A stretch of 64,000 bases of DNA from Bispira polyomma. Its lineage: Eukaryota. Below the pieces are notes generated by a model. The model did no database searches. It was not told the origin of the DNA and saw only the letters and a program-made list of their open reading frames with translations. The stretch is from contig OZ287748.1 in the NCBI GenBank assembly GCA_965649765.1, positions 76,260,001-76,324,000 of the forward strand. Reading direction: 5' to 3'. This document shows, piece after piece, positions 37,301 to 49,729 of the stretch (positions are counted from its first letter, which is position 1; every line of letters begins with the position of its first letter). Made by a program: the position numbers and the translations under genes.

Positions 37301-38321
37301 AGAATACCATACTAAATGATGACATTACTCCATAATATTTCTACTAGTATAAAAGAATAGCATACTCAATGCTGACATTAATCTTAAACAGTTGTGTTAG
37401 TTTAAAAGAATAGCATCCTAAATGATGACATTATTCTGTAATATTTATGTTAGTTTAATAGCACAGCCTACTGAATGATGCACTCTTGGTGGTCATATGG
37501 GAAATCTGACACATCCACAGCACAGGATGTTGACCAGCGCATAGATGGACCCCATATAATTGTGCCATCAAAGAAGATCCGCACTCAAGATTTGTCTTCT
37601 TCAAAGGCTAGTTCATCTGCATTAGCCACACTAAAAGCAACAAAACACGACCGTATATTTTACAGGTTATCACACTTTGTAGGGAGTTTATACAGCTATT
37701 TATAACAGCCTGTCTGATATATAATACATATGACCTTCCAAAACTTGTGTTAATGTGTTCACAGTGCTTCAAGTCCCACAAGTTGGTGAGATACATCGAC
37801 AGTAGAGAAAAATGGCATAGCATACTGTGCCAAAATATGATTTATTCCCAGATATCTAATTGTTAAGCAAATTACATCTGTATTACCCAGGGTTATGCCA
37901 TGAATTAAAACATGTCAGGTCAATTGTTATACCAATGAAATCAATTGGAAAGTAAAATAATAACATATTAATACTATGCATCATATGATGGCTATTAAAC
38001 CAAAAAATATAAGTATTCAGCATGACTTCAAATCACGATATAGACTTCACAAAGGTTGTCAAGGTATTTTGTTGTACCAAAAAACATGCAGCAAAATATC
38101 ACAACAAGGCACTATATGGTAGAGGGATGTATCATATGATGACTATAAAACCGGCCCTCAATTATATAACCTCACTTCAGACCACCATATAGAGCTGTTT
38201 GTAACCTCCTACTGCTTCACAGGGTGTCCTGAAAAATGATTTAATAGGGGGAATAATCTATTTCTTTATTTAAAATATAAACAAAATAATGCTAAATAGG
38301 AACAGTAATAGTCCAGGATGA

Positions 38322-38540
38322 GGTATTCACAAAAGGGCCAAGCCAATACCTAGTCATAGCTAGATTTGGTACAATGTCTAGCCCTTTTGTGAATACCTAC
38401 CCTGAGGAGAGAATAAATCCGAATAGCATTTGGGTGGTATTCAAAAAATGCCAAGCAGAGACTTTGTCTTAGATCTAGTATAGTTCTGTGCTAAATTTAG
38501 GACATTGTTTAGACTACACCCTTTTGTGAATACCACCCCT
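38322..38540. mobile_element. Two short MITE-like units with terminal inverted repeats
   Basis: GGTATTCACAAAAGGGC...GCCCTTTTGTGAATACC (38322-38397) and GGTGGTATTCA...TGAATACCACC (~38433-38537); more decayed versions at ~60980-61210. Confidence 0.55.
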
Positions 38541-40804
38541 GGGCTATGCCATTTGCAATCTATGCAACAGGTCATGTCACCCTATTTTTAACAATAAGGT
38601 GTGAGATGCCCTATAGATGTGTAATAATTACAAATTATAAAATGTATATAGAAGAGATTTAACCTGATGCCAGGCCATGTAATATAATAAAGACTATGCA
38701 AACAGAACTGTTCCTTCCTATAATAAGTAGGACAGGGTTACACTCATGTAGTCATACTAGTGACTATAAAGTATCTATGATTACATATAAGTGCAAATAT
38801 ATATGACCCAAAATATGGGATATTACAGATATATCCTATTACTTGCACATCAACCAACTTACAATTATAAAGACACAGCATCAATTGTGAAAGATAGGTC
38901 ATTTACCACATACAGTATCAGTACAAATTGTCAATAGGAAATGAATGCAGCTATTTTATCTGATGACCTTTAATGGTGAAAATTAATTTCCAGTGAAAAA
39001 TTAAATTTGTATTTATTTTTTCTATAAAATGGCCAATGGTGAAAATGTATTTCATCTAAATTATTCACTTGTACAGTATGACTCTGACATCTGTAATCTG
39101 GCAAGCTATGTGTACCTCTTAATGGCTGTATTTTCAGGCAACCACAACCTTTTAGCAGGAAGAATAAGGAAAGGGGCGTCATTATAATCTGCTGGATCCC
39201 ATTGAAGGAGGTCATCTTTCCAACTGAGTGACATATAACCATGGCTGGTCAGACGCTGGTCTTTTTCATTCTATACATAACAGAACATGTTTATTTGCAT
39301 TTAGTTATTAATTTTAATTATTTCAACACATTTTTACTGCTATTCTAGTAATAATTTATATTTTACTAATATTTTATAATTTTACATTTTTTATTACTGG
39401 TAATTTTAATCAATTTTAGTAACTTAACTACAATGTTTACTAATATTTTACAAATATTAAATAAAAAAACCTCAATTTTAGTACTTTTTTTTTATTTGAC
39501 ACAATTTTTGAAAATTCTTGACAATTCGTAAAGGACAACGTTTCAAGTTTAAATAATGTATAAGGAAAGATACAGGAATCATCCATTTTGACTATTGATT
39601 AAGAAGGGTACCCTCAACAAGTTAATGCATGTATACCTGGCAAATGATTTAATGTATACCTAATTTCAAGAGGGTGAGTACTAAATCTCTTACCAGGCCT
39701 TCTATCTGTGACAGACCAAACTGTATAGTCACAATGATCTGTTGGGAGTAATTATTCCCCTTGATTGGCCTCGGGTCACTGCTGTAGTTACTGAACAGGT
39801 CTGCATAGAGCTGTCTTTCCAAGGATTTATCGCCTGAAATTATTATTATTAGGACAATGTAGCCTGAGACGACTAGGAACACGCAGATGCATAGTAGCTC
39901 AAAAGGGCACATGAAATGGCAGTATGTCATTGACTGCTGTCCCCAGTGATAAAAATTCTTGGGTAAATTGATAAATGCTGTCATCTCCAAGCCTCTATCT
40001 TCAATTAGGGGAATTGTAGTTAACTGATGTTGTTTGGTTTTGGGCAATCCAGAAAAGGTAAATTAGTGCTTTGAATGCCAGATAAAGGTACAAAAATGTA
40101 TAAACTTGAATACCTTATGGACCAGGACAACAGCTAATAATATTCTAAAAAGCCTACATATTGAATAAGACTTTCCATCAAACTTTAGCCTGATCAAGGC
40201 TAGCTCATACTCTGTTTAAAGGGTACTATCTAGGCTAGGCTGGCTTGTTTTCAATTTCAATATGATACTCTCAAAAATAACATGGTATATTACTCTTTCT
40301 AAAACAATCTATTACTAGGCTACTTGAATAAATCTTGTAATATGAGTTATAACAGCACATCATGTGATTGCATTATGATTATTCATTATTATATGGGTAT
40401 CTGGAGCCAAAAGCAAGGCTATGTTTTCTCTGACACAAACTATATCAATAGTACTTTTGCACCTCAATTGAGCTTTTATATTTAAACCTGTTAATATGAC
40501 TGTTGATAATGCTGAGCTATTCTTCAAAAGCTAATCTTTGTTTAGTTATTATTTTCATTTATCATTTTTAGTTTTGCGACAGTGCCCACAGAAATAACTT
40601 TTTAAATAATAGGTCCATGTGACACAAAAGTGAAGTGGTCTTCCAAAATATGTGTCTTTCATTGGCTAAAGGCGTGGATAGGTATATTACCAAAACAGTC
40701 TATATGTACATGTGGCTAATCTCTTTGTTGTTTCACAGACGTCGATTGAATGTTAAGTACAGTTATTGCTAAAGTTTATTGCTGATAAAAAAGACATGTA
40801 TAAA

Positions 40805-40838
40805 AGAAGCAGACATTTTAATCAATTTTTTTTTTTTT

Positions 40839-40869
<31 letters not shown>

Positions 40870-40870
40870 G
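40805..40870. repeat. Adjacent poly-T and poly-G homopolymers
   Basis: About 24 T followed by about 22 G. Confidence 0.95.
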
Positions 40871-42211
40871 CAAGTCAATACAAATACTTTTTGTTTACAA
40901 AATTAAGATAACTATTTTTATTATGAAATCAAAAAGTGGGATACAAAACAACAGTCAAATCATTAAATAAATTGTTGTTGATTTAGATCTGTTAGTGATC
41001 ATTGTAATGACATTAGGTGTGGCTTTGCCCTTGTGGCTTTCATGACTGTGCATATATCGTTATTATCATGTTTTTGTTATTCCAATGTCAAATTTAATAC
41101 AGAGCATCAACAATTACTCAGAATAATGTTGTATTTGTACTCGAAGAAATGACTTTGCACATTTTAGATATTGATATCCTATTTTAACTTTAACCAATTA
41201 TTGCCTATATCTGAGGGCTTATGTTCTATCACTGAAAGAAAATAAGGAGGGTATCTACCATTTTTAGCAATTCTGTATAGACGAAAGTTTACTTAATTGT
41301 TACTAATGTATCTTTTTAATCTTTACAGAGTGTAAAATTTTACAAACAAAACCCTAGGAAGTATACACTAACAATGCATTTGTTCTTCGTTTACATAATA
41401 CAAAAAATAGGTAATTTTTGAAAATATTTATTTATGAGAACTTTTCTCCAAAGACTATTATATTCCATAAGCTAATGGTACCACAAACGATCTCCACATA
41501 CATACAAATGTTGGTAACAAAGTATCAAATAACTTTAATCAGTATAAAGGTAGTTTTTTATTTCCTATTTTAATCTTATCTTCATATACATGTGTTATTA
41601 AGTAACTAATCTCTAATCTTAAACCTTAACAATTTTAAACTCAACTTAAGGCCACCTTCAAAATAACCACATAGAACCCAGACTAATCTATAATCAACTA
41701 AAGGGTAATCTAAGTATAGAGACACACTTAAGGTCGTTTAACAAAATTTGAGACAATGAATGTAAACCTGTGTGAAAATGCCAAAGGAAAATCAATAGGT
41801 AATTCCAACAACATTAGAATTGTATTTATTATCAATTATTACTTGCCCAAAAAATCCATTAGTATTAAATGCTTCAACAATGATGTCTCTGTGAAAAAAG
41901 TGACGTAAGAACCATCTCACCCACTAAATTATGTCATTCAGCAGCGACTTCTATTATTTTGTAGAAGGCAACGCCATAGTGTTGGTGGTTTCAATTCGGG
42001 GAACCAGTCTATTGGTCACACTTGATTGCGTTTCGCTATATAAATCAAGGAAATTTGAAATCTCTTTCTTTACACCAACCGTCAGCAGAGGAACAACATT
42101 GAATTAAATGCACTGGAGATTTTGGCAGAGAGTCTTGGTTTTATTTTACTTGTTTACATTTTTATCTACATTCGTTTTAGTATTTTAGTGTAACTGTAAC
42201 TGTCTCTCACA

Positions 42212-42548
42212 ATGCCACGAGTAAAAGTGTATGGTTGTTCTAAATACCTTGAAAGGCATGCCAGACCAGTCGGTACCAAATGTAGTCGTGTGATACATGA
42301 GGAGTCCATTTCCGAGGACGAGTTAGTTGATGGGGCGGATTCCGTTGCTCCCAGCGGTCTGGCTGAGGTTTCCAATAAAATTTTACTGCAATTACAGAGC
42401 ATGGGTGAAATGATGAATCGGGCTTGACAAACGTGTTCTCCTCACTGAAGCGGCTTTGGTGAAGGATACTTTCTTTAAAAATGTATGCGAAACGTGTGCT
42501 GGGGCGCACAGGAGTGCTAATTGTACCAAAAAACAGTCAAAAAACTGA
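42212..42548 (+). pseudogene. E5 gag with large central deletion
   Basis: N-terminus MPRVKVYGCSKYLERHARPVGTKC joined to C-terminal VCETCAGAHRSANC...SKN*. Confidence 0.8.
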
Positions 42549-44826
42549 GAGCCCACTGCAGTAATGCAGTGGGCGATAGTAGAATTTTTTCCAGGCAAGT
42601 TTTTAAAACGGCTTTCCAGGATTTTCAACTGTTAGACAGCAATATTGTCAGACAAATGTGTAAATACTATCGTGGTATGAAGTATAACCAGAGTTATAGT
42701 GACATAGTAAAGCGATCAGAATGTAGACAAGCATCTGAGGCTAGTCCTACTTGTGGTAAAATTGGCAATTTCGTTCAAAACATTAAAAGTCGCACCTTTA
42801 CTAGACAAAAGAGTCATAACCTCCCTAGGGTGGTGTCCGGGCCAGACCCCCGCAGTACCACCCCCCACAAGGGCAAGACTAGTGGGGGGAGGAAAAGCAC
42901 TGGGGAGGGCGAGGCTGGGCTCACACTCACAAAGCCAACAAAGGGGCATGGAGGGGTGTGTCTCAATAAAAACAATCAAATAAAGTTACAGAACAAATTT
43001 GCTGTGTTAATGTCTCCTGGCTCGATGGAAGTACATTTGAATGGTGTTGCACAGCAGGTGTCATGTTCTGGTACTGAAGGTGTTATGCAGTCAGGTGTTA
43101 ATGCGAGAAACACGAGAGAAAGAAAAAAAAATAGTAGCGAACATAGTAGTAGTAGGCAGGCTGACTGTGTCGCTGTGGCTCGTGGTGATACTGACGACCA
43201 TATGGTTAATGACAAATATGCGCTGGCCCTGAAGCAAAAACTTAACAAGAAAGAACTTTTGTGTAAAGCCAAGGGCAATACAACTCACTGCAAATGGCGT
43301 AGCCAGAATAGGGTTGAATACGGTTTTACTCCCCTGTCAGACTTGTGCTGTAGGGTGTGGGATAGTGAGTAAAATATTAGTCAATCAGATGGCAGTAATC
43401 ACAAATCGGCTTTGGAATTCCTAGAGCACGTTGATACGTATTTAAATGAGAAGTGCAAATATGGTGCTATCCTGGGCCCTTTTAAGGATCCACCAATAGA
43501 AAAAATGCATTTTTCCCCCATGATGACCCGTAATAAATCCAGCTCCAGTAATAGACGGGTCATTGTGGACCTTAGCTGGCCAATTGGCGAATCAGTGAAT
43601 GCAAGGGCTTCTCCCACTGAGTATCTTGGCACAAAATTTTTACTGTCTTATCCGTCAGTGGATAGTCTTACTAATGAGGTGCAGAAATTAGGCAAAGGTT
43701 GCAAGATATTTAAGGTCGACATAAGTCGCGCATTCAGGCACGTGCCAATTGATCCGGGGATGTCGATTTGTTGGGTTTAAAATGGAATTCTTATTATCTG
43801 GATAGGTCTCTCCCGTTCGGGTTCCAGAACGGATCCACTATTTTTCAGAGAATTTCCGACGCCGTAAGATATATCATGCTTCAGGAAGGCTGGCATATAC
43901 ACGCGTACATCGATGATTTTTTATGTGTCTCGCTCCCAAGTAAAATTACAGATATATACAACAGGCTTCAGGCCTTGCTCAATGAATTGGGTCTTACTGT
44001 TAGCCCTAAAAAGTTAGTGCCCCCGAGCACTGAAGTAATATGTCTTGGTATTTTAATTAATACTGTGGATTTTACCACGTCTATTCCAAGTGAAAAAATG
44101 ACTGAGATTAAAGACTTATGTAAAATATGGCGCACTAAAGAGAATTGCACTAAAAGAGAGTTGCAGTCATTACTTGGATCCCTTTTATATATTTCAAAAT
44201 GTATTCGATATGCCAGAGTGTATCTCAATAGAATGTTGCAACTGCTCAGAGATAATCATACCAGAAAAAGGTTTCCACTGACAAGTGACTTTAAGAGGGA
44301 TCTTAACTGGTTTTGTACCTTCATGCAGCAATTTAATGGCACAAGCTTCTTTGTTCACAGGCCTATCGATGCTCAGGTAGAGCTAGATGCGTGTTTAACT
44401 GGGATGGGCGGAATCTATGCTGGCCAGATATATAAGTTATCTGTTCCCAAAGAAATGGCAGATCATAATATTGCTTCGTTGGAAATGATTAACATTCTAG
44501 TAGCACTCAAATTGTGGGCTAAACTCTGGCAAGGAAAGAGGGTTCTATTCAAATGTGATAACCAGGCCGTGGTCAGTGTGTTAAACAGTGGTCGTACTCA
44601 GGACCCCATTCTGGCAACTTATACTCGAAATATTTACTTGTGGGCCAGCCGATTTGATATTGACGTGAAGGTCATACACATACTTGGGGTTAAGAATAAG
44701 GTCGCAGACCTCCTGTCCAGATGGGACAGAACAAAATTGAATGCACAATTGCTGCATGAATGGGCGGGCCCAGTGGTGTGGCTTCCCACTAATGAAGCCT
44801 TGTTACATGTACATACGGATATCTAA
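42521..44826 (+). pseudogene. E5 pol (N-terminal extension, RT, RNase H), broken into three ORFs
   Basis: RRVIVDLSWP, KVDISRAFRH, LPFG, YIDD, DAC, CDN, ADLLSRW; deletion near 43370-43400 and frameshift near 43760. Confidence 0.92.
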
Positions 44827-44854
44827 ACTTTTGTTATAAAATATGTAATTTCAG

Positions 44855-45840
44855 GTGTCAGTTCTGTGGAAAGTTTGCTGACCAGCCTTGCTTGTAGAAG
44901 GATGCATACAGCTCTGGCTCCGTCCACGTCTTCTGCTTACAGCAGCATGTTTAAGACCTTCTTAGCTTTCACCATTTTTATGGCTTGGCCTAATGCTCAG
45001 GTGAATGTGTTTCAGTTACTTGCATTTCTTGAATTTTTGAGCTTTAACTGTGTGTCTCCCTCTCAGATTGCAAACTATCTATCAGCTGTGAAGGCGAAGT
45101 GTATACTATTTCATCTAGACGTTGAACCGTTTTCTGATTCAAGGATCTCGTATTATAACAGGGCTTTGTTAGTGAACAGGCCTTTGCAAGTAAAGTTGAA
45201 AAGTGTCTTTGATATTCCACTAATGTTAAATGTAGTAAAAAAATGTCATCTAACTTACATGGGGCTGATATTTAAGGCTATGTGTCTTACTAGATTTTTT
45301 AGCTTTTTACGTTTCTCAAACTTGTGCCCTCATTCCATGGCTGCATTTTCACCCCTTAAGCATCTGGCCAGGGGAGACGTGCTTTTTAAGCCTGGGTATG
45401 TACTGTTAGTGATAAAATGGAGCAAGACAATGCAAACTAAAGATGCTGTTAAACTACTGTCTCTACCTGCTCTTCCTAATTCAGAGTTATGTCCAGTGGC
45501 TGCCCTGAGAGCTGTGTTGGCTGTATGTCCTGCTGGCAAGAATGCTCCTTTATTTCAATATAAAGTGAAAGATTCATGGGTTCCCATGACGGATAATCGA
45601 GTTAGACGGCATTTAAAAAACGTATTACAGATGCTGAATCTTCAGCACTCAAATTTAACTTTTCATTCTCTCCGGCGTTCAGGTGCCACGTTTGCGTTCA
45701 ACAATAATGTTCCTCTACAGGATATTCAGCGACATGGCACCTGGACATCGGACTGCGTTTGGCGTTATATTACTGATTCCGGTTTGGTTGGCACCCAGGT
45801 GGCTGACTCCTTTTCGGCTGCCCTACGAAGTACCTCCTAA
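44855..45840 (+). CDS. E5 tyrosine recombinase, open frame
   Basis: 324-aa ORF with the catalytic set R (FLRFSNL), K (SKT), HSLRR, HGTW and Y (VWRY); preceded by acceptor TTTCAG. Confidence 0.92.
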
Positions 45841-47039
45841 AAATTTTTGGGCTTGGTGGTTTGGATTTTTCCTCTCACCTAAAACTTTATAAATCTACAT
45901 GTTTAAAACATGCAAAATAAATGTCAATAAAATTAAATTATCACACTATATTGGGGCATAAGGTCACCTTCCTATGGGGAGCACATAATGTACTCCTCCA
46001 TCTTACTTTCAAAATCTTTGAATTTAAATTTCACTTAGAATTGCCAAAATTTTCTAAAATTTCATTAAAACTTTAATTTATTCACTTAAACTTAAAAATT
46101 ATAGTATTCTCAAACTTAAACTTATATTCAATTTATGGTCACCTTATTCTGTTCCTAACTTATGGTCACCCTAACTTAAATTTGAAATCTCACTTAGGGT
46201 AACCTCATCTTGACAATTCCTTATTTTATGGTGACCTTAAATTTTTTTGCTTTCTTAAGGTTACCTTATGCCCCTCTTCTTAATGAAAAACTGTACATAG
46301 TAGTTTTAACCCTGTAGTGTACTAATAAAATTATGAACCGCAATCTTTCTCTGTGTTGATAAGTAAATGAATAACTAGCTCATACCTGGTTCCTGGGAAC
46401 TGTGAGTTTCACTGTATTAAGGCAAAAAGTCAAAAATAGCACAAACAAAATACAAATGCCATGGGAAAGTTAGTAATAGTTTCGCTAAGTTCACAAACAC
46501 AATGCCATTGAAGACTTTTGTCTAAACAATAGATCAAAACAATAAATTAACCTGAAACCAACGACATAGAGGGCAAAACTATCACATAGTTTGTCCTTGG
46601 AATCATATCCTAACTGCACAATTAAATTCACTACCTCTGATAGTACCAAAGTATTGCATCATATTATTCATATGTAGAACAAACGAAACCAAACTGAACT
46701 TATGGCTGGGTCAAATCTACAGATGTAGTCGTAGCCATCCATACACCTTAATAGTTGAACGTGACATTTGAAATCATTGTAAAGCATGGTAATTTTGGGT
46801 TGAATTGTTAACAGTAATACCATATCTCCATGATATAAATAAAGGAAATGTATTACCTTATTTGTTTATGAATGGAATTAATTCTCCAAAATAAAACAAA
46901 TAAAAAATTAAAAAATAAAACTATTTTGTCTAGTTGTTGACTTGGGCAAGCATCATTGTTCTACATGTAACACTTCAGCTTCAATAGAAAATAGATAGGT
47001 CAATATGTACTACCCTCCTATCTTGCTACTTGTCTGTCC

Positions 47040-47400
47040 TTTAGTAAACTATAGAGGGGAAAGAGACATCTGTTGGTTCTGTAAATCCTGCCAATAGGGA
47101 TGGATGTCAAACTTTCTCAATTCCAGCCCCCATGTTATAGAATAGACTTCATGCTGAGCTCAGATTACTAGAAAAACTAGGTTTAGAAAAAAAAAGTTAA
47201 AACCTATCTCTTCAAAGTTGTTTTGGAAAAAACTTAACATCTATCTCTTCAAACTCGCCTTAACTCCCTACCTGTGCACCCCCATGTCTTTCTGTATGAT
47301 CTACACTATGTTTTTTTTACTTTTTATTGCTGCGCTTTTGAAGACTATGTGCATCAATAAGACGTGTTTAAAATGCAAAATACAAAACAATTATTATTTA
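47040..47400 (+). mobile_element. Decayed L2/CR1-group LINE 3' end
   Basis: Degenerate G..TFSIPAPML*NRL..ELR...KKLKTYLF tail. Confidence 0.5.
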
Positions 47401-48399
47401 TATACTAAACAGTCTTGTCACATAATAGATGAGAAAATAGCAAATACAATGTTCTACCATTTTTATTATATTATATATTGTGAGTTTGTAACTAAGGTAA
47501 ATCATGCCTATTTACCAAGAAAAAGTTGTTAAAAAAACACAGGCGCCCAGTGTAAAATACATTAGCGTTGATATGGCCATTATTATTCAGGCACCCTGAC
47601 ACCCTTAATTTTAGATGGATCAATTGCTTCCAACCAGGCCTTACATATTATTTCTAAGATAGGCGACGGCCTTTTAAGAAATTGTGACACCCTTATCAGA
47701 GAGAGTGAAAATAATATTAGGTTGTGCCTGATCAATAATGTGGGTGTTGAATATTATCCACAGACATTGATTACGATTAATGGTCCAGATTGACATTTTC
47801 CCTCAGGAAAAAACCACAGCTCGATAATAACTGGTGCCACAGGAATGATTATACACAATGACTCTTCTTTACAGAAACTTACAATAAAAACTAATTGATT
47901 GATAGGGTAAACTTCTTGGTCAGTCACCTTTGTGAATGTATACCCATATATAGAAAGTGTTACGCTCCATTTTTTTCTAATTAACAAGCTATTGCACTAT
48001 AGTATCCCCTGTTTGTAAATGATTCTAAAAAGTATTTGCTTAACCTAATACCTGATACATGATATGTATGTTGACTTTTATTCAGGCCTGAAGTCTGAGC
48101 AATGCTTTAGATATACAGTTTCCTCTGACATCTGTCTTATTTCTCAGGAAGAGAAAACATTGGTGTAGAGTTATTTCAATGTTCTCGAGCAGCTAAATAA
48201 AAATGCAACGTCCATTACAAAACAACTGAAACTGGATGAATCAAGTGTTGTATGCAAATTAATGCTACCTTTAGCTGGTATTCAAGGTACTAATTCCCTT
48301 TGTTTAACTACCCAAGTAGGGCCACCCAGCAACAGTCATTCCCCTCACAGGAGAAAGAGCCTTGAGGGATGACCATTTATCAGGGTCCTCAGGGTATAT

Positions 48400-48560
48400 T
48401 AAACTGCTATTGAGGATACGCCAATAAAAAATGTCCAGTCCGATGTCATTTTAAGAGGTTATCCATATCACTATGTATATCCTTATACCTGGTCGCTCCA
48501 TACTGGGATTGAATCCAGGTCCTCTGTATTCCTAAGCAAGTGTGTTACCCACAATGACAA
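48400..48560 (-). mobile_element. tRNA-derived SINE remnant
   Basis: GGTAACACACTTGCTTAGG...CCTGGATTCAATCCCAG (B-box-like); a related head occurs at ~62818-62880 on +. Confidence 0.5.
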
Positions 48561-49374
48561 ACAAATGCCTGTTCTTCTACACTGAAATGTTTAAGGCTCA
48601 AAATGACCACGTGATTTGGAAATAGTTTCAAAATTTGTACACTTATATTAAAGATAATATACTCTTGCAAGTAGACACATTCACAAAATTAAAAAAATTA
48701 AAATGTAGCTCTTAAGATATTCACTGGCCCAGTCAATTATATTCTTTGTACAATATTGGTAGCCAATCAAAGTGGTTGAGAAAAATTGTTGTAAATAACA
48801 TTTATGATCCCTATGATGAAATACAGTGTCATAAAACACCACTATGTTATGTATTTCTGCATTTGTTTTAGATATTTCCTGAAATTATTATGTTATTTCG
48901 AATTGATTATTATATAGGACAGTAGAACCTTAAACTAGGCTACTGCTGATTTCTCTTGATTAACCTCTTCACCCTAAAGACACACTGGAACTTTGTACAA
49001 TCACCTACTTTGTGTAGGATTGAAAATAGTTCACTCATCCTCAGGCAAACCTATCACTCAGAGATAGCCCTTCGAATTGTGGTAATGAACAATATAGTTA
49101 GAATATGTACTTTTCATAGTGTAATCTGTGTTAGCCATAGTAAATAAGTTAAGATAAATAATAGAATAGTAATATGTACACATTTTGTGTATAACAAATA
49201 TCATTTAATACCAATACTCCTCCTTTGTTGTAAATTGTGAGGATGTACATTAAAACGTAGGCAAAAGGTATTATATAAAAGATACTTAGCTGTATTTTTC
49301 CCGAGAGAATGCATTTTCTTACAACAATGCTGAACAACTATACACTATAAACACTATAAAGCCTGAAAAGGATG

Positions 49375-49470
49375 ATTACTTACACCAAGGAGGCTATATT
49401 TTTGCCTGTGTCTGTTTGTTTGTCACCAGGATTACACAAAAACAATTAAACTAATTTAAATTAGAGGTGT
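49375..49470 (+). mobile_element. Helentron/HINE-like non-autonomous element end
   Basis: ATTACTTACACCAAGGAGGCTATATTTT...TGTCTGTTTGTTTGTC...AGGATTACACAAAAAC resembles the common terminus-plus-microsatellite of these elements. Confidence 0.45.
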
Positions 49471-49575
49471 GGCCGTGGCATGGGTGGAGCAAGAATTCAG
49501 TACTTTTTTTTTCTTCTAGTTTCGTCCACTGCCAAGGTTAATGGATTCTTCATTGGGTCATTCCCTATCGGTCAT

Positions 49576-49729
49576 TGGTGACCTTAAAATTTTTTGCCTT
49601 CTTAAGGTTACCTTATGCCCCTCTTCTTAATGAAAAACTGTACATAGTAGTTTTAACCCTGTAGTGTACTAATAAAATTATGAACCGCAATCTTTCTCTG
49701 TGTTGATAAGTAAATGAATAACTAGCTCA
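49576..49729 (+). repeat. 154-bp copy of the E5 B region 46229-46382
   Basis: Near-identical sequence (about 2 mismatches). Confidence 0.93.

Larger units (their letters stand above)
33343..39833 (-). pseudogene. Non-alpha nAChR-like Cys-loop cation channel subunit, copy 1, with premature stop
   Basis: GT-AG exons with consistent phases: 39694-39833, 39116-39270, 37472-37630, 36845-36968, 35946-36111, 35248-35331, 34636-34823, 33343-33609. Motifs WKDDLLQWDPADY, Cys loop CAVDVSDFPYDHQEC, LPVESGEKVSLG, DWNKLARVLDR. TGA at 37585-37587. Confidence 0.9.
1..40600. repeat. Tandem segmental duplication unit 1 (paralogous to ~50154-63850), expanded by ~27 kb of mostly retroelement insertions
   Basis: 1-1353 matches 50154-51262; ~11850-13630 matches ~51610-52700; ~30600-40600 matches ~53360-63850, including all channel exons and introns. 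Confidence 0.93.
41890..46403 (+). mobile_element. E5: Ngaro-like element, gag and RT internally deleted (5' boundary approximate)
   Basis: Promoter-like CCAAT/TATA region 41960-42050, gag ends, pol, intact YR, and a B-like region ending GGGAACTGT; no A2 recognised. Confidence 0.88.

Noticed and set aside
38960-38985. CTGATGA...GAAA hammerhead-like core in a channel intron
   Set aside because: The stem II closing pair is not formed, stems I/III are absent, and GAAA is not conserved in the paralog (~61510-61530).
40779-40970. ORF with poly-Phe/poly-Gly
   Set aside because: Arises from T and G homopolymers; the run lengths may be sequencing artefacts.
41600-41760. Possible B-repeat remnant of a further element upstream of E5
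   Set aside because: Only scattered AAGGNNACC-like words; no alignable partner in the window.
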